Assembly: GCA_951406725.2 (NCBI GenBank)
Contig: OX597817.1
Coordinates: 97,650,001 to 97,714,000, forward strand
Direction: 5' to 3'
Source of the DNA: Octopus vulgaris
Lineage: Eukaryota
DNA length: 64,000 bases
Positions 51,012-64,000 of the stretch are shown piece after piece. The notes beneath the pieces were generated by a model. The model did no database searches. It was not told the DNA's origin and worked only from the letters and a program-made list of their open reading frames with translations. The translations under genes were made by a program, and so were the position numbers. How positions within the stretch are numbered: position 1 is the stretch's first letter; each line of letters starts with the position of its first letter.

Positions 51012-51012
<1 letters not shown>
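50391..51012 (+). mobile_element. Helitron-like non-autonomous element
   Basis: Ends with an imperfect GC hairpin (ctgggtgaaaccggg) and gCTAG|T before (TA)n. Left end uncertain. Confidence 0.55.
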
Positions 51013-51058
<46 letters not shown>

Positions 51059-51059
51059 A

Positions 51060-51372
51060 ATTGAGCATCGAGCTTATGATCATCAGGTTGTGAGTTCGAA
51101 TCCAGTACCTGGCTGCTTGTTGTGTTCTTGAGCAAGACACTTTATTTTACGTTGCTCCAGTTCACTCAGCTGTAGAAATGAGTTGTGATATCACAGGTGC
51201 CAAGCTGTATCGGCCTTTGCCTTTCTCTTGGATAACACTGGTGGCATGGAGAGGGGAGGCCGGTATGCATGGCGACTGCTGGTCTTCCATAAACAACCTT
51301 GCCCGGACTTGTGCCTGGGAGGGTAACTTTCTAGGTGCAATCCCATGGTCAGTCATGACAGAAGGGGGTCTC
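51060..51372 (+). mobile_element. tRNA-derived SINE, family C
   Basis: B box gagttcgaatcc followed by CORE-like gtgttcttgagcaagacact. Confidence 0.75.
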
Positions 51373-51397
51373 AGCCTATATATATATATACACACAA

Positions 51398-51608
51398 ATA
51401 TTCTATAATTATAAACATAATTATAACCAGGGGTCAGCTAATTACTTCACCATGCACCAAATTTAGAAATAGGAGTTAAAATGCCTTTTCTGCTACCATA
51501 GAGATCTCCCAGACAAAAAAGAAAAAATAAAGTAAGTAATATTTACTTACTTATTTCCCAGCAATTAGCTGACCTCTGATTATAATTATGTTTATAATTA
51601 TAGAATAT
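51398..51608. repeat. Inverted repeat (~47-bp arms)
   Basis: atattctataattataaacataattataaccaggggtcagctaatt versus aattagctgacctctgattataattatgtttataattatagaatat. Confidence 0.9.
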
Positions 51609-51697
51609 CTGTATAATTTTACCTAAAAAGGATATTTTAATGTACCAAACTACTTGGTAAAATTATTAATTAATTGATTAATTTTACCCATTTATTT

Positions 51698-51731
<34 letters not shown>

Positions 51732-51744
51732 GGTAGGTATCTAT

Positions 51745-52128
51745 TCTTTTACTCTTAATTGTTTCAGTCACTTGACTGCAGCCATGCTGGAGCACCACCT
51801 TTAGTCAAACAAACTGACCCCAAGATTTATTGTTTGTATTTATCCTATCAGTCTCTTTTGCTGAACCACTAAGTTACAGGGAACGCAAACATACCAACAT
51901 CAATTGTTAAGCAATGGTGGGGGAAGAAATACAAACATATATACACACACATATATATATGTATATACAACAGGCTTCTTTCAGTTTCCATCAACCAAAT
52001 CCACTCACAGGACTTTGATCAGCCCGAGGCCATAGAAGACACTTGCCCAATGTGCCATGCAGTGGGACTAAACCCAGGACCATGTGGTTGGTAATCAAGC
52101 TACATACCACACAGCTACTCCTACGCCT
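51745..52128 (-). mobile_element. SINE family A (other partial copies at 36840-37060, 52530-52755, 57010-57390, 63150-63270)
   Basis: Reverse complement of the 31585 copy. Confidence 0.85.
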
Positions 52129-52365
52129 ATATATATATATATATATATATAGCTCAAATTTACAGAAAATGAAAGATGAACAACAAGCAAGTGTATTAGT
52201 TTAACGCTCAGGAAGAATGGAAAAGTCTTTGATGTTTGAAGCCTACACTCTTTGACAGAAAGGATTAAGAGGAAAAAAAAATGGAAAGAGAAAAAAACTT
52301 TGTTGGGATTGACGGTTCAATATGATGAAATGGCTGGAAGAAATATGTGTGTGTATATATATATA

Positions 52366-52397
<32 letters not shown>

Positions 52398-53299
52398 CAT
52401 ACACATAAATCTCTTATTTCTAGCAATGTAGGTGCTACCCTAACCCTCACAACTAGTGACAATTGAATTTTTCCTTATATTGCCGCCTTCAATATTTTAT
52501 ACATATATACACACACACAAACATATATAGGCAACTTGTGAGTGAAACTGGTAAAACACAAACTGTGTGGAAGCCAATCAGATAATGTATGAATGTGTGC
52601 TTGATTTTGTTTATTCCCACCATCACCACTTGAGGGCCAACAGAATAAGCACCACACTTAAAATAAGTACTGGTGTTGATTTGCTTAACTAAACCCTTCA
52701 AAGTAGTACCCCAGCAGGCCACAGACCAATGACTGACACATGCAAAAGATAAAAGGTAGGAATACTTTTTAAAGCAAAAAAATCAAGGAAGGAATAAATA
52801 TGAGATTACAGAAGTCATGCCTACAATAGCAAGGGAGTCTGTGAAGAGATAAGAATTCAGAAAATAGCACAGGATGGACTCTCAATGACTGATAAAATGT
52901 TACTATGAAGCAAGTTCAAACCCTGGTGTTAGCAATTTATCTCTATCCTAAGGTTGAAGTAGCCACTGAAGTATGAAGTTGCATTCACACAGGTTACAAT
53001 AATTGAACTAAAATGTAACCTCTATGTCCGCAAGTAGCAATGATTGCCAGACCATTGCATGTGCAGCTTTGTACAGGAGAGAAAGTCCATCAGAAATACC
53101 AATCCCATCAATAGTAGAGTCATGGAAAAGTGTGGAGGGTTATTGATGCTGCAGCAGTCAATTGATTATGTCATCTGTTCCTGTGTTCCAGGAATAAGGA
53201 CTGGAAGAGTGGTTAGTCTATGAGGCAATGGAGAAGTTTGTAGCATCCCAAGAATATGAGGATGTAGTGGCCCACACACAGATCAACAGGGAAAGAGTT

Positions 53300-56090
53300 G
53301 GAGGCAATGAGTTTAAACCATACCATGCAATGAACAAGAAGAAGAAAAAGGACTGCAGTAGTCAACCAGATAAAAAAAGAAGAGGCAAAAAGCTAGGAAA
53401 TGGAGTCGGTGCAATGTAGCTCACAAGGACAGTGTATCTTGCTGATTGGATGAGGAGAAAGATAGGATGGGATAGGTTAGTGGTCAGCAACTTCAGACGT
53501 AAGGCTAGAAGGATCCAGAGATACAAACTGACATTGAGAAAAAGGTTGTGGAAACTCAAGGATCCTTCAAACAGGAAGAGATTTAGAGATGTCCTTAATG
53601 AAGCCTCTGATGAAGAGACAGAGACATATAACATAGAGATTAACTGGAAGTTCTTATAGGACAATCTATTGAGGGCAATAGACCAAATTTGTGGTTGGAG
53701 CAAACGTTCTGAAAGATTAAGGGTGACATGGTGGTGGAATAATAAGGTCGACAGGGCCATAAAAGAGAAGAGACAGGTCTGGAAAGAGTAGAAAAGTGGA
53801 GGTAGTAAAGAACCCTATCAGATAGCTAAAAGGGAAGCTAGGTATCAGGTTTATCTAGCTAGAGTAAAGGCAAAAAGGAAGGAGTTTGCCAATGTCTTAC
53901 ACTGTGAAGATCAGAGACTTGAGGTGTTCTTGATTGCTAAAGAGAGGTTGCTGAGAGAATGAAGATGCTGTGGGATGGATAATGATATGCTTGCACTTAA
54001 TGACTCTGAAAAGAAGCATGTAAGAGCTATTATCAAAGGTTATTAAATGTGGAAAATGATTGGAAAAAAAGGAGTCTCCTCCATGTGAACCAAACAGAGG
54101 GCCAACTATCCTAGTTGGTAGTAATGTGATAGATAAGGCAATTAAAGATATGAAGACAGGTAAAGCTCCTGGTCCATCAGAATTCACTGCTGTGATGCTT
54201 AAAATATCTAGTAGAGTAGGATATTGTCTAGTCACCTGTATAGTTAATCAGGTTATTCAAGAAGGCATAATCTCCAATGACTGGTATAACAGCATTATAG
54301 TCAGCTGCTACCAGAGTAAGGGAGATACCTTAGATAGAATTATAGAGGCATCAAATTGCTGGACCAGGTCATGAAAGTTACAGAGAGAGTTATAGCCTAA
54401 TTAATTAGAAACTAAATTAGACTAGATGAAATACAGTTTGGCTTTGTGCCAAGGTGAAGCACTACTGATGCTATTTTTATACTGCAATGTTATTATCAGT
54501 CCGAATATGCTTGATGCACGTTCAAACTGGAGAACAAGCTACTCACTACGTTTTGTCACGGAAAATATACCTTGCTTGCTGACAAATAGTGTGTATGCAC
54601 CTAGATCAGCTCTCAGCACCATCTATTTAGACTGTAAGATACTAGCATTTCGGAGTAATTATTTCTTCACCGATGAGGAGATAACTACTCCAAAATGCTA
54701 GTATCTCAGAGTCTAGGTAGATGGTGCTGTGAGCTGATCTAGGTGTATAAACACCATTTGTCAACAAGCGAGATATATTCTCCATGACAAAACACAGTGA
54801 GGAGCTTGATGCACGTCCGAACTGGGGAACAAGCATATTCGCACTGATAATAACATTGCAATTTCACTTCTCACTGCTTAGTGCTTCCCCTCCACTGCAA
54901 GAAGTATTTAGCTAAGAATAAGCTCTTGTACTTAACATTTATTGGTATGGAGAAAACCTTCAACAGGGTACCTCCCTCTGGGATATGGTGATCTCTGAAG
55001 AGGCAGATGAATGGCTTCTGAAACCAGTACAGGCAATGTTCAAGGGTGCTGTTAGTAAGGTAAGAGTTAGCCATGAGTACAGTGATGAATTTAGTGTACA
55101 GATAAGTGTTCACCAAGGGTTGGTCCTCAGCTCCCTCCTTTTCATCATTGTCCTCCAGACGATAAAAGAGGAATTTAAGACTGGAAACCCATGGGAACTA
55201 GTATATACTGATGATCTTACCCTCACAACAGAGTCTGTAAAAGAATGAAAAGAGAAATTCCAGGTGTGGAAGCAAAACCTGAAATCAAAGAGTCTTAAAG
55301 TTAACTTAGCAAAGACCAAAAGTCCTAGTAAGCAAGAAATCAGACAAGATCCCACTCCCTTCAAATAAATGGCCATGCTTGATATATAGGAAAAATGTAG
55401 GCAGGAATTCCATTTAGTGTACCCAGTGCAAGCTATGGACAAACAAGAGGTGCAGTGGAAAAGTAGGAATGTTAACAGAGAAAGTAGTGTATGCATGTGG
55501 AAGATGTACATAAAGACTACAGATACACGGGTAACTTATTTCCTCAAATAACCCAGAGGCTCTCTTAGAATAATTTCTACCTAGGATGTACCAAAAGTGT
55601 AATTGCTAGAATAAGAACAGGATGGAGAAAATTCAGAAAGCTTTTACCTCTGTTGGTAACCAAAGGTCTCCCTCACTGAATGAAATGAAGATTGCATGAT
55701 GCATGTGTACAAACAGCAATGCCACGTGTTAGTGAGATGCAGGATCTGAATGCAGAGGACATGCAAAGTCTAAACAGGAAAGAAGATGGCATGCTCTGCT
55801 GGATGTGCAGTGTCATTGTACATGTGCAACAGAGCACCAGTGTACTGAGAAAAAAATTAGGTACAAGAAGAATTAGATACAGTGTGCAAGAAAGAAGACT
55901 GCACTGGTTTGATCATATAATGTGCATAAAGAAGTGCTAATCACTCAAAGTGGATGGAACATGTGGAAGACAGAAACCCAGAAAGACATGGGATGAAGTA
56001 TTGCAGGCTAATCTCAAAACACTGAGGTTTACAAAGATGACAAAGGACTGAGATATCTGGTACTTTGCTGCACTCTAAAAGACCTGCCTG
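53300..56090 (+). mobile_element. Long decayed RTE LINE ORF
   Basis: 'VTWWWN', 'MKTGKAPGPS', 'QFGFVP..TTDAIF', 'VHQGLVLSSLLF', 'LVYTDDL', 'KVNLAKTK', PHD remnant, 'RRLHWFDHI'. Confidence 0.9.
54483..54860. repeat. Foldback palindrome (187-bp arms, 4-bp spacer) inserted in the RTE; centred on a degenerate hammerhead
   Basis: Arms 54483-54669 and 54674-54860. Centre reads CCGATGA-GGAG-ataacta-CTCC-AAAA on plus and CTCC-GAAA on minus. Confidence 0.9.
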
Positions 56091-57416
56091 TCACAGTAGA
56101 TTTGATATCCGTCAACCACCTTGGTAATGCATGTCCATGAGGGGCTCTACTCTGACAAACTTCTCCCCAACCCACATTTCATCTCCTAATACCCATCACT
56201 TCCTCTATCATCTGAGAGCAGAATCAGCACATACTACACTCAATGGTTTACTCAATTACCTTTACTCCCCACCCCAATTAGTTACCCATCTTCTCCCACC
56301 TACATCAATCACCACTTTTCTGTACCTTCTCTCCTGTTCTTGTGCTGCTCTCTATCATCTACTTACTTACCTGCTATCACCTGCAATTCCCTCACATATT
56401 TACTGCTATATTTCTCTCCATCATTTGCCCTTTCACCCGGCTTAAGCCTCTATATCACCTCACCTATTTTCACCAGCCCAAAAACATCTCTACCATCATC
56501 TCTCTCACTATCACTCCCTTTATCTTACTTTCTAACTCATTCTTCTTTGTTTTCCAACTGGGGTATCCTTGTATCTACCCTATAGCAAGACACATATCTG
56601 TTCCCTCTGAACATTAAATCTCTTAACTGACACAAAACCACACCTCCTCAATACTACTTCTCCCCTTTTTAATTGAGGGGCTTTTATCTTGCAAGGTACT
56701 TGGAGATCCTGTCAGTAATTGGTGCCATGTAAAAAGCACCAGTGATGGTGCCATATACAAAGCACCAGTGATAATGCTATGTAAAAAGAACTGGTGCTGG
56801 TGTCACATAAAAGCACCAGTACACTCAGTAAAGTGGTTAGTATTAGGAAGAGCATCCAATTGTAGAAACCATGGCAAAACAGACAATGGAACCTGGTGCA
56901 GCTCCTGGCCTTGCCAGCTGCTATCAAACCATCCAGCATGGAAAATGGATGTTAAATGATGATAATGAAGACATGTATGTGTATGTATATCTGTGTGCAC
57001 CTTTTGGTTTGTTTGACCACACTCTAACAATACTTGACAATTAGTGTTAGGTTGTTTACACCTCCGTAACTTGAGTCTCTTTTGCTATAACTTAGCAATT
57101 CAGCAAAAAGGACAAAAAGTACCAGATTTTGAAGATTAATACTTTTTAATACTTGTTTGACTAAACCTATTCAACATGGTGCTTGAGTATGTTTGTAGTT
57201 CAATAGTCCAATGACTAAAACAAGAGATAAAAGATATACACACATACACACACATATATAATTGAAGTTTGCTTGGCTAGAATATGTGGTCTTGGATTCA
57301 ATCCCACTGTGTAGCATCTTGGGCAAGTATCTTTTACTGCAGCCCTGGACCAACCAAAGTCTTGTGAGTGGATTTGGAAGAAACTCATTGTGTATGTGTG
57401 TGTGTGAAGATAAACA

Positions 57417-57682
57417 GTGTTGAAATCTCTGGAAATGCAAACTTTTGAGGCACAATACATCAAACTGCTAAGAGATGTGAACTCTGGATGCACAACAGCT
57501 CTGCTGTCACCACCAGTAAAGGTCCCAATTGAGAAGGGTGTCAAGCAAGGAAATAGCATCTGTCCAAAGTTCATTACCACATGTCTAGAAATGATCATCA
57601 AGGACATCAATTAGACACATAGCCTGAACATTAATGGCAAGCAATTAACACACCACTTCACAGATGACATAGTACTCATCAG
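57417..57682 (+). mobile_element. RT fragment of a second RTE family
   Basis: 'IEKGVKQGNSICPKF..LE', 'INGKQLT..FTDDIVLI'. Confidence 0.75.
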
Positions 57683-59619
57683 CCACCTCTCATCCTTAGT
57701 TCATCATACATTATATTCACCCTCTCACTATTACTCTATTCCTTACACCTTTACATTTACAACCTCTATGTATATGCACCTACTCTTCCTGTTTTCCGGT
57801 CCCCACTCATATTGACTTTCTTGTACCTTAAGAGCTCACAAGGACATCATGTCACATCCTCTTTCTCTCTTTCCAGCTTCACCTTGATTACTCCCATCTA
57901 CTCTTGCATAACATATGTATGTGTACTGTGCTAAATATACATTTTGTAAATAAACACCTTCTTGCCATTCTCTACTATTATTAATATTAATAATACTGGT
58001 TTTTAACTTCAGCACAATGACTAACTTTGAAGAGATGAGAAAGTCAATTTATACAAGCCTGGTGCACATAAATTATTTTACTGACTCTAGAAGTTGACCT
58101 GGGTCAAGTGCAAACTCAGTACCTAAAATGATATAAATAACCCTAAGCATCTTGTTTGCATCTCTATCCAGTCAATCTTTCAATAATCTTCTTCATAAGG
58201 CAAAAGACCATTTTTCTGGAGGCAACATAATAACAGACTAATATTACTGATTTCTTATAACTGATACAAGGGAGCACATTAGAAATCTGTGAAGATTCTA
58301 GTAATCAACAAATAATCACATTATCAATTCTGGGAAAATTAAATAACATTATAATAACAAAACTACTAATTTCTAAGACTAGCACAAGGTAACACATATC
58401 AAGGAAATGAATACAGTTAGTTGATTAAACAGACAATAATCTGTTCTCCTAGATAAAAGGTAACTCAACTACTATTTGAACTTTGAATGCAAAAGGATGC
58501 AATTAAATGCCACATTTTATTCAGCACTCTAACAGCCACCATTCTTATCACAATAATAATAATAATAATGTCTTAACATAAAATAATAACAATAACAATA
58601 ATAATTTATAAATAACAACGAAAGCATAAATCCTTAAAGTAATCATGAATTTCCAATAATACTATTACTATTTGTCAGATTATGAGGAACCTGAGTAAAG
58701 AACTCTAATTAGTGAAAACTTATACTTACCAAAAAACAAATTTTAACTGTTAACCTAAGTCTGAGAAATTTCTTATTAAAAATATTTCAAAAATAAGAAA
58801 ATAAATATTGAATACACTACCATTTTAGCCGTCAACTAGAGCAGATTTTCCAGAGAAGTTTAACAAAAGACAAATTACATACATCCAACTTGACTAGTAT
58901 AATGGCAGAGTAAATGTGCAGATCATTAAGTTAGAATTTGACCTCACTGAAGTCCAGTGAAGATAAGCTAACTCATTATCAAGAGAAATGAAAAGACAAA
59001 ATACGTTATCACAACACACCTGACCTATTTCATCTGTAATGCTAGTTAGGATACATAATATTCCTATATCTCTAAGTATAACTGTCATAGAATTTAATCA
59101 TGAGACATTATACAATCTGCTCGGATGAAAACAAATATGTCTAGCGCAACAAAATATAAACCAATGTGCAAGTTCCAATATTCCAAAATGTAAATAGATT
59201 CACATATTCTATGCTAACGTAGAAGGAATTGAAGCAGACATAGCAATCTATAAAAATTAGTTTACACACGCAAAATGATTTTGTTTAGTTGGATAGGATA
59301 AAGAGTCACAAGTTCAGAAAGGGTGAGGTGACTGTTGTAATGGTAGAAGATGAAAAGAGAATAGCTTGATGATTAGTGATTGTTGAGTAATGGTTTACAA
59401 GTATGAAGATGGTCTTTTTGCTGTTGTTGAGCTTTTTGTTAGTTTTTTGGGGAAGTTGGATTAGATATGTGTGTGTGCGTACACACTCGCATGAGGTGGG
59501 AGGACAATCTAAATGCGTGAGTAGCGAAGAGTAACAGGGTAGATGAATTCCTTATTAATCAAATCCCATATGACAAAACCTGGTTTAAATCTCAAGAGCA
59601 AAAGCAGTAAACTAATAAA

Positions 59620-59985
59620 ATATATACATAGATATACATATATACACACATATATATGCACACACATATATACATATACACATAAATATATAAACATACG
59701 CATATGTATATACATACATATATATAGGTACATAATGTATATATACACATACATATATATACATACGCATATGTATATACATACATATATATATATGTAT
59801 AGGTACATACATGTATATATACACATACATATATACATACAGGCATACATATAAACACAGATATATTTATAAACACATACACATAAACACAAATAAAAAC
59901 ATATATATGCACATGCAAACACATACACACATACATATACATATATCAACATATATATACATACACACATATATATATACATACA
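59620..59985. repeat. Compound TA/CA microsatellite
   Basis: ~360 bp of tatacata/cacatata units; explains the overlapping Y/I/C/V-rich ORFs. Confidence 0.95.
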
Positions 59986-60075
59986 TTTTTTAAAAATTAA
60001 TTAAGGGTAGAAATCAATATTTATCAATTAAAACCAGTGGTCTAACGTATTAAAAAAATCCGAAGATTAAATATT

Positions 60076-60368
60076 TATATATACCAATTAAAGACTGAAC
60101 ATGAAAAAGTGGACAGTCAACATGCTAGATATAGACGTCAAATCGATATAGACAAAGACTACGGGTATCCTTACGGATAATAATAGTCAAAACTGATTCA
60201 GTACATGGATGAGTATGATTTTTCGTATATTTTCACTTATTTATTGCTTGGGTTGGTGTTGAGTTTGATCTGAGAACATAATCTTTTGTGGAGAATGGCG
60301 ATTTGACGTCTATATCTAGCATGTTGACTGTCCACTTTTTCGTGTTCAGTCCTTAATTGGTATATATA
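60076..60368. repeat. Inverted repeat (~70-bp arms, ~150-bp spacer)
   Basis: Arms 60076-60145 and 60299-60368 with about 2 mismatches. Confidence 0.9.
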
Positions 60369-60448
60369 TACATACACATATATACACATACATACATATA
60401 TAAATATATACATACATATATATACATATATATAAACATACATATTAT

Positions 60449-61294
60449 AGATGTAGTGTGCAAGAGAGACGCTTGCGATAGTATGGTCATGTGGTGCGAA
60501 TGGATGAGGACAGCTGTGTGAAAAAGTGTCACACCCTAGCAGTCAAAGGAGTCTGTGGAAGAGGTGGACCCAAGAAGACCTGGGATGAGGTGGTGAAGCA
60601 CAACCTTCAAACATTGGGCCTCACCAAGGAAATGACTAGTGACCAAGAATTTTGGGAATATGCTGTGCTTTAGAAGACCCGGCAAGCCAAGTGAGACCAT
60701 AACCCGTGGCCTATGCCAGTGGTTTAACTAGCATACTTATGCGTACTTTTCTTTCGTTGGACACAAAACTTTGGTTGCGAAGACCTGTTGAGGCAAGTGA
60801 AATCACAATCAAAATCAAATTCGCTGACGTGGCGATTACAGCACCTCTCGACTCGCACCTGTGCCAGTGGAACATTAAAAGCATCATCTGAGCATGTTCA
60901 TTGCCAGGGTTGCTGATTGGCTCCTGTGCCAGTGGCACATAAAAGGCACCATTCAAGTGTGATCATTACCAGCGTTGCCTTACTGGCATATGAAACACAA
61001 CATTCAAGCAAGGTCATTGCCAGTGCCACTGGACTGACTCCTGTGCAGGTGGCACATAAAAAACACCATTTGATTGTGGCCGTCGCCAGTACTGCTTGGC
61101 TGGCCCTCGTGCCAGTGGCACCTAAAGGCAACCGCTACACTCTTGGCGTGGTTGGCATTAGGAAGGGTATCCAGCTATAGAAACTCTGCCAGATCAGATT
61201 GGAGCCTAGTGCAGCCATCTTGCTCGCCAGTTCTCAGTCAAACTGTTGAACCCATGCCAGCATGGAAAGCGGTCGTTAAATGATGATGATGATG

Positions 61295-61295
<1 letters not shown>
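60449..61295 (+). mobile_element. RTE LINE 3' fragment
   Basis: 'GHVVRMDEDSCVKKC..GRGGPKKTW', repeat-rich UTR, (GAT)n tail. Confidence 0.9.
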
Positions 61296-61339
<44 letters not shown>

Positions 61340-61340
<1 letters not shown>

Positions 61341-62800
61341 TAGCAGAGTTACCTGGTGTAGCCCGTGTTACATGCAATTGAAGAATTAGACTTTTCTGTT
61401 ATATTTTCTGAAATGAACTGGAATACCTATGTTTCGAATTTCATCAAAATTGCAGATGAAGGTTATTTCCCTCTTTACACACCCTAAAAAAATTGTAATT
61501 GTGCCACATGTATCCCATACTACTGATTTTTATGTGCATATTCCAAAATTCCAGTCTTATAGGACCTGTTAAAAAGATTTTGCTCCAAAATGTGAGAGTT
61601 AAGGCCCCTGTTGGGGTGGACATCTTAATGTCAACCAGAGAAGTTGAATTTTTGAGAATCTTTTTAACTTGGGTTTTATATCTATTGTTTGAATTTCTTT
61701 GAGATAGGTAATATATATTCACTGGGTTTGTAAAAGAGAGTAAAGCTACAGGAAACCAAAAGACGAATGATCACAATAAGCAGTCAGCTACCCTACCCTA
61801 GTCGTTACCACTCCCAATGTAGGATTCCTCACCATCCAGGTGACAGGCACAGCCATAAGATGCATTACGAATCTATAGCAATTGGAAGGGCGTGACCCAA
61901 CTGAAATAAACATTAACAACTGTCTGATGTGAGGGCTAAGGAGAAATGAAAGTGTCACCTCTGGAGTTTACAAATGACCACTATACTGATACGTAACTGG
62001 ACGGAATAAATTTACAATCTATAAATGTCTTTGAATAACCAACCACTCATCTGGGAAGGCCTTGAAATCAATGTTACTATCTGGGGACTATGTGTGACCC
62101 AGTGATAATAAAAAGACTGAAAGGAGGTCTGCAATCAAATAACTTTACCCAACACTTTGCAACTGAATCAGTGGAGGCAAAGCTGCCTCTCATTTACTTG
62201 ACAATTTATGCACCACATTGCAGAAATCACAATGTAAGTGTATGTGAAAGCAAACTGTTACAGGGTTGTACCATTGAATTACAAATAATGCTATCTTTTA
62301 TGCTCGGGTGACCCTACAGCTTCCAAGAGTACAATTGTATTCGTCTTTGCTTAGATAAAATGACAAAATTGTGGGTGTTAAGTCCCCATGAAGGGTCTTT
62401 CTGACTTGTAAGAAGATGAAATTTTGTAAATATTACTTCATTTGTGTCTAATATCTATGGTTAAAATTTCATCAACAGCAAAAATATGAATTGTCATGAG
62501 AGTTATGGCCCTTATGCATAGAATATAATTTCCAAATTTCGTAAAGATCTATTCAGTACTTTTGACCTAGTTTTGGATCATAAAAGAAATTACTAAAATT
62601 TGGGAGTTAAGGGCCCCCATTAGGGTGTCTTAGAATCTTCATGTGAAGTGGAAACTTTGAGAATACTTCTTGATGTGTGTCAATTACTCATGGTTGAAAT
62701 TTCATCAACATCGAAAATTTATGAATTTTCATGGGGGTTCTGCCTGCTTCAAGCCAGCTGAAATTCAAACCAAACATATTGCATTAAACCCGCCCTTATG
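61340..62800 (-). mobile_element. Helitron-like element with dispersed internal repeats
   Basis: Begins (TA)n-ctagcag with an imperfect hairpin; recurring gagtta(a/t)ggcccc and aaatttcatcaa motifs at ~61600, 62375, 62500, 62605 and 62700. Confidence 0.5.
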
Positions 62801-63047
62801 CATTGAATGTAAGTTTCAAATATAAGGATCCTTTTATTAATTTTGGTCCAAGAAATTGTATGAAACACACAGCATTACCCTTCTCCCTAGGCTTGGATTT
62901 TGTGTTCCAAGTTTCACTATGATCAGTGCAGCAGTTTTCGAATGTATAAGTAACACACAAACACACATAAAGACATTGACTTTGATATAATAGATATGAA
63001 TGTGCACATATACATACATGTATATATATGTGTGTGTATGTGTGTAT

Positions 63048-63079
<32 letters not shown>

Positions 63080-63286
63080 AAGATAAATTGATAGATACAA
63101 CTGAGTGGGCAAACAAAAATATGAGACAGCCTAGTGCTTTTTATGTTGATAAGCCTGGTACTTATTCTATTAGTTTCTTCTTGTGAAACCAGTAAGTTAT
63201 GGGGATGTAAATAAACGAACAGCAGTTATGAAGCAGTGATGAGAGCAAAACACAGAAGCAAAGTCACACACATACACTTACATATC

Positions 63287-64000
63287 ATCATCATATCATT
63301 GTTTAACGTCCGCTTTCCGTGCTAGCACGGGTTTGATGGTTCGACTGGGGTCTGGGAAGCCGGGAGGCTGCACCAGGCTCCAGTCTGATATGGCAGTGTT
63401 TCTACAGCTGGATGCCCTTCCTAACGCCAACCACTCTGTGAGTGTAGTGGGTGCTTTTTACATGCCACCAGCACAGGTGCCAGGGTAGGCTGGCAGCGGC
63501 CCCGATCAGTTGCTGCTTTTTACATGCCACTGGCACATAAGCCAATCAAGGTGGCGCTGGAATCGGCCACATTCGGATGGTGCTTTTTACGTGCAACCGG
63601 CACGTATCAAAACTACTATTTCCAAGGTAAGCACAGCAGGTCGTTCTGCAATCCAAGGTACTTTGAATGGGCTGGGGCTATGCGAACCTGGTGCAGGAAG
63701 CAGCCCGGGTCTTTGCAGTCACAGCATATCTTCTGAGATCTCGGTCCTTTGTCATTGCCTCTGTGAGGCCCAACGCTCAGAGGTCATGCTTGACTACCTC
63801 ATCCCATGTCTTCCTGGGTCTACCTCTTCCCCTGATACCTTCAACTGTTTGGGAGTGGCACTTCTTCACACATCTCTCCTCATCCATCCATCCACAGTAC
63901 ATGACCATACTATCGCAAGCATCTCTCTTGCACACTACATCTGATGCTTCTTATGTCCAGCATTTCTCTCAGGGCGCTTACACTCTGTCGTGTGTGCACA
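63287..64000 (-). mobile_element. RTE LINE 3' fragment running off the window
   Basis: (CAT)n tail, conserved UTR, reverse-strand 'GRGRPRKTWDEVV'. Confidence 0.9.

Noticed and set aside
58894-59088. Non-repetitive 64-aa minus-strand ORF
   Set aside because: No homology recognised and no convincing splice pair.
59509-59993. Overlapping Y/I/C/V/H-rich ORFs (also ~27216, 28087, 30456-31317, 40137)
   Set aside because: Translations of microsatellite or low-complexity DNA.

Overview
AT-rich, microsatellite-dense eukaryotic DNA. The SINE and RTE families look like those of Octopus/coleoid cephalopods; this is recognition from memory, not a database result. The only host gene I can support is a Rag C/D GTPase on the minus strand, with two spliced coding exons at 5131-5270 and 3485-3579 and canonical splice sites. 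The rest of the gene runs off the left edge and its start-codon exon is uncertain. Nearly everything else is nested, decayed mobile DNA: a CsRn1-type Gypsy with a tRNA-Trp primer site, mariner, hAT, Tigger, piggyBac, non-autonomous Helitrons, R4/Dong-like, RTE and CR1-like LINEs, three tRNA-SINE families, and several Penelope-like elements (PLEs). The most notable signals are: (1) a recurring set of minimal hammerhead-ribozyme motifs in PLE terminal repeats, including a G3-C8 covariant core, with two ORF-less palindromes folded back at the ribozyme; (2) a PHD finger embedded inside the RTE reverse transcriptase; (3) a CR1-like ORF1 combining a Myb/SANT-like domain with a CCCH finger; (4) a polarised micro-inversion inside one palindrome; and (5) an unexplained Cys-rich reading frame. 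Coordinates of decayed elements are approximate, to within tens of bases.
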